63,618 bases of DNA. Source: Candidatus Tayloriibacteriota bacterium (GTDB lineage: Bacteria; Patescibacteriota; Minisyncoccia; Phycocordibacterales; PALSA-1337). The DNA lies in assembly GCA_037130865.1 (NCBI GenBank), contig JBAXSG010000003.1, positions 1-63,618 of the forward strand, in the 5' to 3' direction. Made by a program: the position numbers and the translations under genes. The notes under the pieces are model-generated. The model saw only the letters and a program-made list of their open reading frames with translations. It ran no database searches and had not been told where the DNA came from. Below are positions 1 through 8,919 of this stretch, piece after piece. Each line of letters starts with the position of its first letter. The first letter of the stretch is position 1.

Positions 1-224
1 TCAACGTGATCATCTCTCACGGGTCTCAACGATACCTAATCTTGGGGCCGGCTTCGCACTTATATGCTTTCAGTGCTTATCCGATCCAGACATAGCTACC
101 CTACGGTGCCGTTGGCACGACAGCAGGTAGACCAGAGGTCTGTTCAACTCGGTCCTCTCGTACTAGAGTCAATTCCCCTCAAGTATCAACGCCTACAGTA
201 GATAGGAGACCAACCTGTCTCACG

Positions 225-682
225 CATGTTATCAATGATTACTCATTGCATTGGACTATAGCTTCACCAAAACGATTAAACAATTCAACAATGGAACTAT
301 TTAACTATTTAGGCTGTCGATGTTTAGTCTCTACGGGCTGATTACTAGCTTGCGCCAATGATCATTCCCTCGGTATTATCCCTTACAGGATTCCACCGAT
401 ATAAATCGACTTGTTCACAATGTTTCGCGTTGTGATGATGCGCCTTGCGCCTTTCACCTTGCACTTAACTTTGTGACCGCCGTGATATGATTGTTCTTTC
501 CTTTCTATTTTCATTAGACATACTAAGACTCTTCGCCAGATTTTACTCTGGCAAAAATTTCTCTCGAAGTGATTCAGACTGTCGAACATTCAATGTTCTC
601 GAGTCCAATGTTGCTTCACACATTTTTCACACCTGTTCGATGTGATTCGATATCTTACATTGGTCATTCCATTGATTGCTCA
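225..682 (-). other. 458-nt insertion in 23S rRNA at the E. coli-equivalent position 2593/2594; candidate group I intron without an intact endonuclease ORF
   Basis: GCTGGGTTCAGACCGT (rc 683-698) and CGTGAGACAGGTTGG (rc 210-224) are contiguous in other bacterial 23S rRNAs but are separated here. The upstream exon ends in U and the insert ends in G, as at group I splice sites. Only a 68-aa ORF (383..589) lies inside. Confidence 0.55.
437..464 (-). repeat. Copy of the dispersed GC-rich GCGCAAGGTGAAAG-type repeat, inside the 23S insertion
   Basis: rc of 437-464 reads GTGCAAGGTGAAAGGCGCAAGGCGCATC, near-identical to the copies at 7158-7184 and 7614-7640. Confidence 0.6.
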
Positions 683-714
<32 letters not shown>

Positions 715-2089
715 TTGGCGAACAGCCAAACCTTTGGGAGCTTCTCCACCCCCAGGATGTGGTGAGCCGACATCGAGGTGCCGAACTCCGCCGTCGATAT
801 GAACTCTTAGGCGGAACTAGCCTGTTATCCCTAGAGTAGCTTTTATCCGATAATCTTCCCCAGCATCTAATGCCTAGGGTCGGTTCGCTTGGCTCTGCTT
901 TCGCATCTGCTCGACACGTACGTCTTGCAGTCAATCCAGCTTGTGCCCATACACTATCGCCATGGTTTCCATTCACGGCTAGCTGAACTTAATAGGCTCC
1001 TCCGTTACCATTTAGGAGGATAGCGCCCCACTAAAACTGTCCACCAGATACTGTCTCCCGCCGTTTATGCCGGCGAGGTTAGAATATACATTTTTAAAGA
1101 ATGGTGTTTCATCGACGGATCCATCTACCCCAAAAGGTAAACTTCAAATCCTACCATCTACGCTACGCATCAAAAACGTATAGTCAATATCAAGTTACAG
1201 TAAAGCTTCTAGGGTCTTTTCGTCTAACTGTAGGTAACCGGCATCTTCACCGGTATTGTATTTTCACCGAGCTGGTCTCCGAGACAGTTCTCCAGTCATT
1301 ACACTATTCAACGCGTCGGAACTTACCCGACAAGGAATTGCGCTACCTTAGGATCGTTATAGTTACGACCGACATTCACGAGGGCTTATAACAGTCACCA
1401 TGTAATCTTGCGACCACACAACGCCGTTATTTGACCTTCTCGCATTGGTCAAGTGTCACCCCCTATACATTCTCTTACGAGTTCGCAGGGAGCTGTGTTT
1501 TTGTTAAACAGTTGCCAGAGATACTTTCGCTGAGGCCCATATTGCTATGGGCAAGCCTTATTCCGAAGTTACGGCTGCTTTTTTGCCGAGTTCCTTGGAG
1601 ACCACTCACTCGTTCGCCTTGGTCTACTCGACCTGATCACCTGTGTCGGTTTGCGGTACGGTTTGCATGAACATAATTTTAGAAGATTTTCTTGAAAGCG
1701 TGCTTTGTTCTTTCCCTCTTTTTACGGAAGTCACGGAATAGCTTGGGGGCGGCATTGAAGCCAGGATCCGGATTTGCCAAGACCCACCCTTACTACCACG
1801 ACGTCAAATCCAATAATGCGCAGAACATACTACACTTCGTCCCTCCATCAATCTTCATGCAAGTTATGGAATATTAACCATATGTCCATCGGGTGCGGCG
1901 TTTGCCATCCCCTTAGGACCGACTAACCCTTGGCTGATATACATTGCCAAGGAAACCTTGATCTTTCGGCGTGCAGGATTCTCACCTGCATTGCGGTTAC
2001 TTGTGCCAACATTCTTACTTCGCAGCGCTCCAGTGTGGGTCACCCCTTCACCTTCATCGCAGTGCGAATACTCTCCTACCGCTTGTGCG

Positions 2090-2649
2090 CTTCATTGTGG
2101 AGGCGAATCGTATAGACTCGCCTTTGTTGTGGCAAGAAATCACTCTTGCCAACGGAACTGTGAAAGTTTTTACTAATCAAAAACTTTCGAAAAAATGGTC
2201 AGAAGGGAGGGTTTTGGACCCACACCTAGATAGTGAGCATTTAACAGCTGGTAGTTTTCGTTTCACCCCGTTTGTGATCTTCTCAAACCAGCCGTCCCGG
2301 ATAATACATACCGATTCTCACTTACCTTAAGTAAGGTCACCCGACCTTCCCCCTGATCAGAACTTAAAACTAGAGCTAGAGATGGGGAGCTGCGTCTACA
2401 TTCCGCACTGGCTCCCGATTTTCGTTCAGCACAGGCCGAACCGCGAAAGGTGTACGCCGGCAGACCGCATTATCAATGTCGCAGTTGCCGCTTCGCCCCG
2501 CTTGAAAAGCCTCGTCATTGGACATCTCATCAGCCGACCGCCATGGAGGATCGACCGAATCTTGCCTTAACGAGCACCCCACGCTCACAAAGAACTAATG
2601 CGAGATGAATATCTCGCTAAATTTGATTTATTTACTTTCCACAATGAAG
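2090..2649 (-). other. 560-nt intervening sequence replacing the loop of 23S helix 45
   Basis: The native helix GCTTGTGCG / CACACAAGC (2081-2089 / 2650-2658) is extended by the perfect inverted repeat CTTCATTGTGG / CCACAATGAAG (2090-2100 / 2639-2649), which closes the insert. Flanking sequence matches the helix-45 region (ACCGAAACTGAGGG...GGTAGGAGAGTATTC in rRNA sense). The interior holds many local hairpins and a GC-rich core at 2380-2580. Confidence 0.6.
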
Positions 2650-3341
2650 CACACAAGCCCTCAGTTTCGGTACAACGTTTGAGCCCCGATTATCTGCGGC
2701 GCGAAATTTCTCGATGAGTAAGCTGTTACGCTATTTTTGAATGGTGGCTGCTTCTAAGCCTACATCCTCATTGTCATAGAAATTTCACTACCTTAAGCGC
2801 ACTTAACGTTGATTTAGGGACCTTAAATAGAGATCTTGGGCTGTTTCCCTTTTGTCCAATGGAGCTTAGCCCCCACAGACTAACTGCTAGATAATGACTT
2901 ATTGTATTCGGAGTTTGATAGGTGTCGTGAGATTTCTCCCGTTCGAAACCTTCCAGTGCTCTACCCCAATAAGGTACATCTAACGCGAACCCAAAAGTTC
3001 TTTCGGAGAGAACCAGCTATTACCGAATTCGATTAGCTTATCACTCCTTACCACACGTCATCCGATAGTTTTGCACGGCTAAACGGTTCGGGCCTCCATC
3101 AGCCTTTCGGCTAACTTCACCCTGCGCGTGGCAAGCTCATCCGGCTTCGGGTCTTATGTATACTACAAACGCCCTATTCAGACTTGGTTTCCCTGTGACT
3201 CCGGACTCTCGTCCTTAGTCAGCAGCATACATAAACTCGTTGGCTCATTCTTCAATAGGCACGCCGTGACGGATATAAATACCCGCTCCGACTCCTTGTA
3301 GGCATATGGTTTCAGATCTATTTCACCGCCCTTCCGGGCTG

Positions 3342-3381
<40 letters not shown>

Positions 3382-4281
3382 TAGAAAAATATTTAGACTT
3401 GCCAGTTAGTTCTGGCAGATTCCCCCGAGCTTTTCGTGTCCCGGGGTACTTAAGAATAGAGACAAAGAAGGTTTTTTGTTTTCGCATACGGGACTATCAC
3501 CCACTAGGGTCGATCTTTCCAGATCATTCTGCTAACAAAAAACTTTTTGACTTCTCTGCTATAAATAGCACGTCTCTACCTTGCAACCCTCAACCAAATA
3601 AATGGTTAAGTTTAGTCTTCTCCGCTTTCGCTCGCCGCTACTTACGGAATGCATGTTTGTTTATCTTCCTCCTGGTACTGAAATGTTTTACTTCCCAGGG
3701 TACGCTCCTATTACAAAATAATAGGCAATACGAGTTCGTCGTATTAGGTTTCCCCGTTCGGAGATCTTCGGATCAAAGGTTGCTAGGCACCTCCCCGAAG
3801 CATATCGCTGCCACGCCACGTCCTTCATCGCTTTTTCTAGCCAAGGCATCCACCATACGCCCTTATATTTCCCATTAGGAAATCTAAGAACCGCTTGTTA
3901 CTTACCTACATTACTTACTTTACAAAGTCATATAAAAACCAAATACATCCACCGCTGGGTTTCATCGGTTTAAAATGACTTATCTAACTTGAAGTATGAA
4001 ATTTTCAAACAACAATCGTTCTGAAAAGAAAAACCGCTTCATTGAGCGGCTACAGGTCACGCTCCATCTCTGGAGTGTGGCTATGGCCGCGCTGTTGAGG
4101 GGTAATTCATATAATTCATTCCGTGCGCATAAGTATACTTGTAGCCATAAAAATGTCAAGGGTTTTTGCTGGTTGGCCAATATGGGGATAAGCTGGGGAG
4201 AAATAAGGAGTGCAGGCGAGGCAAATTTTGAACAAAATCTGATTATTTTTTGAACGTTTCTTGAACTTTTCTTTATCGAAA

Positions 4282-4300
4282 TTTGAGAACTTTTTGAACA
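4282..4300 (+). promoter_or_regulatory. Partial copy of the shared intergenic motif TTTGAGAACTTTTTGA(A/G)CA; possible promoter of the toxin-antitoxin operon
   Basis: TTTGAGAACTTTTTGAACA lies ~30 nt upstream of the 4332 start codon. The same 16-mer occurs in rc at 11603-11618 upstream of a minus-strand gene. Confidence 0.3.
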
Positions 4301-4331
4301 AAATTTTATCTCAAGGGTTTATTATAAAATA

Positions 4332-4640
4332 ATGAAACTAGTAATATTAGACAATGTCGAGGCATTTATTCATGACTTCGATCTAAAAACGTATACAAGG
4401 ATTCGAAGAAATCTAGATATATTGGAAAAATCTGGCCACAACTTACGCATGCCTTATAGTAAAAATATTCTTCCCAATATTTTTGAACTTAGAATAATTG
4501 GCCAAGATAATATCCGGGTAATATATACCTTCAGCAATGATCTAATAGTGGTCTTTTATGCGTTTCTCAAGAAGACTAACCAAATTAGTTTGAAAGATAT
4601 GCGCACAATAAGATCAAAATACTATAACTTGTATTTATGA
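4332..4640 (+). CDS. Type II toxin, RelE/HigB superfamily (phage Gp49-like)
   Basis: 102 aa. Gp49/HigB-like pattern ...IFELRIIGQDNIRVIYTF..LIVVFYAFLKKTNQIS. 4-nt ATGA overlap with the downstream HTH gene. Confidence 0.8.
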   Translation: MKLVILDNVEAFIHDFDLKTYTRIRRNLDILEKSGHNLRMPYSKNILPNIFELRIIGQDNIRVIYTFSNDLIVVFYAFLKKTNQISLKDMRTIRSKYYNLYL

Positions 4641-4960
4641 CTTATACATCATATAATAGTAATGCTATGAAGAAATTAAGATTTAAATACAAAACTTTAG
4701 AAGAAATACACCGGAAGGATATGCGCAATCCCGAATTTAAACGTGAATGGGACGCCCTAGAGGTTGAATTCCAAATCATCCACGACATTCTAGACAAGCG
4801 CATAAAAAAAGACATGACCCAAGCAGAATTGGCTCGCAAGTCTGGCATCGGCCAAGCTACCCTTTCGAGGTTAGAGACCGGAAACTACAATCCTTCCATA
4901 AAGTTCTTGAAGCGTATCGCGAAAGCTTTGGACTTAAAACTGACAGTCAGGATGGTTTAG
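4637..4960 (+). CDS. XRE-family helix-turn-helix antitoxin (HigA-like)
   Basis: 107 aa. HTH segment MTQAELARKSGIGQATLSRLETGNYNPSIKFLKRIAKAL. Translationally coupled to the toxin ORF. Confidence 0.8.
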   Translation: MTYTSYNSNAMKKLRFKYKTLEEIHRKDMRNPEFKREWDALEVEFQIIHDILDKRIKKDMTQAELARKSGIGQATLSRLETGNYNPSIKFLKRIAKALDLKLTVRMV

Positions 4961-5069
4961 TGTCTCAACTTATCAATAGGGATAATGATTATCTTACACA
5001 TAACAGAAAAGCGACCTCTTTCGAGGCCGCCTTTCTTAACACCGCAGATGCGGCGCGCTTTCCAATAGA

Positions 5070-5759
5070 CTATTCCTTACTCAAGACATGAGAAGCTGTC
5101 TTCTCAATCATTCTTGCAGCAGCATCCTTGCCACCAAGACCGAAGGCCAAGCCGAAAGCTAGAGCCAAACCAGCCAAGAGAGGAGTGATGATGATCTGGA
5201 TCAAACCAGGGATAATCACCAACTTATCAAGAGCTGTAACGATAGCAAAAATCCAGATAGACCACTTTGCGACGCGACCGAGCAACTCTGCTGACTTAGA
5301 ATGAGCAGCGAGGGCGCTAGCAACGACAACCTCCTGCAAAGCAGAAGCAACAATAGCAGCAACTAGAAGTACGAGAACTGCGACGATAACATTTGGTAGA
5401 TAGCTAACAATCTGAGCCAAGAATGCATTTACTTGATCAAGTCCAAGCATGCTTAGTGAAGCCATCAAGAAGACGATGATGACAAACCATCTTACCAATG
5501 CTCCAACAAAGACGCCTGAGTTCAAATTGTAACCAGAACGCTTGACGACATCCTCCATACCGGCACCCTTCAAAGCTGTATCAACCTTGAGAGCACGGAA
5601 CAAACTCTCGACGAGTTTCTCGATGAGAGATGCCAATACCCAACCAATGGCGAAGATTATGAGGGCGATGACCAATACTGGTATGAAACGAGCTACACCA
5701 GCCCAAATGCTATTAAGTGAGAGGGTGAATACATCACCCCAGTTCTGAATCAGAATCAT
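5070..5759 (-). CDS. Integral membrane protein with repeated TM-helix segments (small mechanosensitive-channel-like)
   Basis: 229 aa, several long hydrophobic helices, no competing ORF. Confidence 0.65.
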   Translation of the reverse strand: MILIQNWGDVFTLSLNSIWAGVARFIPVLVIALIIFAIGWVLASLIEKLVESLFRALKVDTALKGAGMEDVVKRSGYNLNSGVFVGALVRWFVIIVFLMASLSMLGLDQVNAFLAQIVSYLPNVIVAVLVLLVAAIVASALQEVVVASALAAHSKSAELLGRVAKWSIWIFAIVTALDKLVIIPGLIQIIITPLLAGLALAFGLAFGLGGKDAAARMIEKTASHVLSKE

Positions 5760-5806
5760 ATAATTAAATGATTTTTAACTAATAATTAATGCTAATAATG
5801 TACCAA

Positions 5807-6427
5807 TTATACCACGCCCAGCTTGTCTATGAGAGTCACATGTGGATAGTCCAAAATGTCGCGTACAAGGCGATCATGTATGCCTAAACGGTATTCGAAG
5901 TCTTGTGTATCAAAGGCTGAGTAGGAAACCTCTTTACCAATATCAGCTTCTATGGTCTTGATTATAGCTTCTACCTTTATAAGATTAAGTTCTTCACCAA
6001 CTATAAGTAGGTCCACACGAGAATCCCAGTTCTGTATAAATACACCCGCTGCTACGAGATACTTAATCCTTCCAGCAGAAGAGAAACGCTTTGTGAGAGA
6101 CTCATCGGCTTGAATACTGGCAACTGTTAGCAATGTCTTCAGAGGATTGAGGTATGGAAATTTTTCATTCAAAATATAACCAATACCTTTCACCTTCTTA
6201 ACTGTAATACTCCTACCACGCTTCAACTGTACTTCTTTCGTGACTTTGCGTTTGCGAATAAGATCAGCTTTCACTAATATGGCCAATTCCCTCTTCACTG
6301 TGCTGATTGAGCATTTACTCTTGTATGCAACTTCTTTCAAGAAGAATGGGACACTCTGACTGAAGAGAAAAAGGCGGATTACTCTGACTTTCGATTCAGT
6401 GCCGAATAATGAGGTTAGTGTTTCCAT
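5807..6427 (-). CDS. Putative winged-helix transcriptional regulator
   Basis: 206 aa. N-terminal wHTH-like VRVIRLFLFS...LKEVAYKSKCSISTVKRELAILVKADLIRKR. Confidence 0.55.
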   Translation of the reverse strand: METLTSLFGTESKVRVIRLFLFSQSVPFFLKEVAYKSKCSISTVKRELAILVKADLIRKRKVTKEVQLKRGRSITVKKVKGIGYILNEKFPYLNPLKTLLTVASIQADESLTKRFSSAGRIKYLVAAGVFIQNWDSRVDLLIVGEELNLIKVEAIIKTIEADIGKEVSYSAFDTQDFEYRLGIHDRLVRDILDYPHVTLIDKLGVV

Positions 6428-6439
6428 AGTGGTTGTTGG

Positions 6440-6667
6440 GTTATGCGGTGCATTTTAGCAGAAAACTAGAATAATGAAAGGCGGCCAAGCCACTTGCGCC
6501 ATTCGCGCTTTTATGTAATTATCTTCCCTAAGGCCCATAGACAGAAGGCGCGCCGAACTCGCAAGAGCCAAGCAATAAGACCTTCCGAGGTGCAAACCGA
6601 ATCTCTGGCCTTTTATAAAGGTCGAATAATTAAAAATGGGGCGCGACTATAGGTCGCGCTAAAAACA
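6440..6667 (+). promoter_or_regulatory. Untranslated leader upstream of rplJ (possible L10 leader)
   Basis: ~230 nt without an ORF, locally GC-richer, with hairpins such as GCGCGAC-TATAG-GTCGCGC at 6641-6659. Assigned by position only. Confidence 0.2.
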
Positions 6668-7156
6668 ATGTCTCGTACAAAAATACAAAAGAAAGAGATC
6701 ATTGAGAAACTCTCAAAGATTATGGATGGTGCTAAGTCTATCGTCTTCGTGAACTTTCATGGTCTCAAAGTCTTAGATGCTACAACAATGCGCCGCGCCA
6801 TGAGAAAAGATGGTGTCAGCTATTTTGTCGCCAAGAAATCTTTGACTGCGCGTGCTCTTGCTGAGAAGAAGTACTCTGGAACAATGCCAGAACTTGTCGG
6901 TGAATCTGGTATCGCCTACAGTACAGATTTGATAGCGCCTGCGCGCAATGTCTACGAATTTCAAAAGAAATTCAAGGACCAAGTCAGTATCATAGGTGGA
7001 GTGTTCGATGGTGCATATATGGATAAAGCCGGTATGATATCGATCGCTTCGATACCTTCACTCGACACTCTCCGTGGTATGTTCGTCAATGTCATCAATT
7101 CCCCTATACAAGGATTTGTCATGGCGTTAGACCAGATTGCTAAGAAGAATAAATAA
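6668..7156 (+). CDS. rplJ: 50S ribosomal protein L10
   Basis: 162 aa, L10-like sequence, immediately upstream of rplL. Confidence 0.9.
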   Translation: MSRTKIQKKEIIEKLSKIMDGAKSIVFVNFHGLKVLDATTMRRAMRKDGVSYFVAKKSLTARALAEKKYSGTMPELVGESGIAYSTDLIAPARNVYEFQKKFKDQVSIIGGVFDGAYMDKAGMISIASIPSLDTLRGMFVNVINSPIQGFVMALDQIAKKNK

Positions 7157-7157
7157 G

Positions 7158-7184
7158 GCGCAAGGTGAAAGGCGCAAAGCGCAA
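7158..7184 (+). repeat. GC-rich dispersed repeat directly after the rplJ stop codon
   Basis: GCGCAAGGTGAAAGGCGCAAAGCGCAA, identical to 7614-7640. 7-nt periodicity (GGCGCAA-like units). Confidence 0.8.
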
Positions 7185-7221
7185 TTAACCACAATTAAAA
7201 AATTAACTAATAAATAAAAAC

Positions 7222-7608
7222 ATGGAAAATACAACTGTTGAAATCCCTGCAAAGTTCAAGACACTTGTCGAAACAATCGAGAAGATGTCAGTCCTAGACT
7301 TAAACGAGCTCGTCAAATTACTCGAAAAGAAATTCGGTGTCTCAGCCGCAGCTGTTGCTGTCGCTGCTGCTCCTATTGCCGCCGCTGGTGAAGAGAAGAG
7401 CACATTTGCTGTTCACTTGGCCGCTATTGGTGAGCAGAAGATCGCTGTCATCAAGGTCGTCAAGGAAGTTTTGGCCCTTGGTCTCAAGGAAGCCAAAGAC
7501 CTCGTCGATGCTGCTCCTTCCCTCCTTAAGGATGGTATGAAGAAAGAAGAGGCTGATGCTTTCAAGAAGCAAATCGAGGCCGCTGGTGGTAAGGTCGAGT
7601 TGAAATAA
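7222..7608 (+). CDS. rplL: 50S ribosomal protein L7/L12
   Basis: 128 aa. Ala-rich hinge [18 protein letters not shown] and C-terminal [19 protein letters not shown]...AGGKVELK. Confidence 0.95.
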   Translation: MENTTVEIPAKFKTLVETIEKMSVLDLNELVKLLEKKFGVSAAAVAVAAAPIAAAGEEKSTFAVHLAAIGEQKIAVIKVVKEVLALGLKEAKDLVDAAPSLLKDGMKKEEADAFKKQIEAAGGKVELK

Positions 7609-7613
7609 ATAAA

Positions 7614-7640
7614 GCGCAAGGTGAAAGGCGCAAAGCGCAA
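7614..7640 (+). repeat. GC-rich dispersed repeat directly after the rplL stop codon
   Basis: 27-nt copy identical to 7158-7184. The preceding AATAAATAA(G/A) context is also shared. Confidence 0.8.
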
Positions 7641-7663
7641 GTAATCGTAAAGTGTGCGAAAAA

Positions 7664-7695
7664 GAAAATCCCCCGCAAGGGGGTTTTCTTTTTTG
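7664..7695. terminator. Bidirectional rho-independent terminator between rplL and thrC
   Basis: GAAAATCCCCC-GCAA-GGGGGTTTTC followed by a T-run. Confidence 0.7.
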
Positions 7696-7699
7696 TGTG

Positions 7700-8743
7700 C
7701 TATAGGATCGCTTTTTCTAACATTTCCAATGTCGGTTCGATAAGTATAGGTTGGGACATTTCAATAATATCAGGATCCTTCAATCCGTGACCTGTACAAA
7801 CTATTACAATATTCTTACCCTTTGCGTTGAATCTATTCTCTTTGATTTCTTTCATCAAACCAGCCAGTCCGGCAGCTGAAGCTGGCTCTACCCAAATACC
7901 TTCGAGCGCCAGACGTTTTTGAGTAGCGAGTATATCCTTATCATCGACAGCTATTATTTTGCCGCCATGTTTTCTAATAACTTCCAATGCCTGCTCTCCT
8001 CTGGCTGGATTGCCAATTCGAATAGCTGTAGCAATGGTGTCTGGTCTTTCCACAACCTTGCCAATTACAAGAGGTGCGGCTCCGGATGCCTGAACTCCCA
8101 GAAACTGGGGTAGTCCACTTTTCTTTAGTTTATTATATTGATCAAACCCCATGGCATAAGCATTTATGTTTCCCGCATTGCCAACAGGAATACAAAGTAA
8201 ATCTGGAGCCTTACCTAAATCATCTACAATTTCAAATGCCGCAGTTTTTTGTCCTTCTAGACGATACGGGTTTATAGAATTTACTAAAGCAATAGGATGC
8301 TTTTTCGTAATCTCTATAACCAATTTTAATGCATCATCAAAAGATCCTTTTATTTGTATGACCTTAGCTCCATAGACTACTGAGGCCACAAGTTTACCTC
8401 TGGCGACCTTGCCTTCAGGAATTAGAACAATTGCCTTCATACTAGCGCGTGTAGCATATGCTGCAGCAGAAGCAGCTGTGTTTCCAGTAGATGCACAGAT
8501 AACCGTCTTCATCCCTGATCCCAATGCTTCACTTATCGCAGCAACCATTCCACGGTCTTTAAATGAACCTGTTGGATTTAAACCTTCATATTTAACATAC
8601 AAGTCAAATCCCCCACCTAATTCTTGAGCTATTCTTGGTATAGGTATCAACGGTGTATTACCCTCACCGAGACTAATAGCTTTTGTGTGTGCTGGAAGAT
8701 TGAGTAAGGATTTATATTTTTCCAATATGCCAATTGACTTCAT
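7700..8743 (-). CDS. thrC: Threonine synthase
   Basis: 347 aa. PLP-lysine motif LNPTGSFKDRGM, TGNTAASAAAYA. Confidence 0.88.
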   Translation of the reverse strand: MKSIGILEKYKSLLNLPAHTKAISLGEGNTPLIPIPRIAQELGGGFDLYVKYEGLNPTGSFKDRGMVAAISEALGSGMKTVICASTGNTAASAAAYATRASMKAIVLIPEGKVARGKLVASVVYGAKVIQIKGSFDDALKLVIEITKKHPIALVNSINPYRLEGQKTAAFEIVDDLGKAPDLLCIPVGNAGNINAYAMGFDQYNKLKKSGLPQFLGVQASGAAPLVIGKVVERPDTIATAIRIGNPARGEQALEVIRKHGGKIIAVDDKDILATQKRLALEGIWVEPASAAGLAGLMKEIKENRFNAKGKNIVIVCTGHGLKDPDIIEMSQPILIEPTLEMLEKAIL

Positions 8744-8919
8744 GGAACGATTATACCACCGAAGTTCATAGCATTCACACTATTGACTTCCTATCTGCAT
8801 CGTCTATATTAGTAGTCACATTAGAAAACGCCGGCCTGTACGGCGTTTTCCTTTTGTCTAGATATCCCTTTTAATCTTTAGATCCCATGGGCCAATATCA
8901 ACAAGGAATATTGAACATA

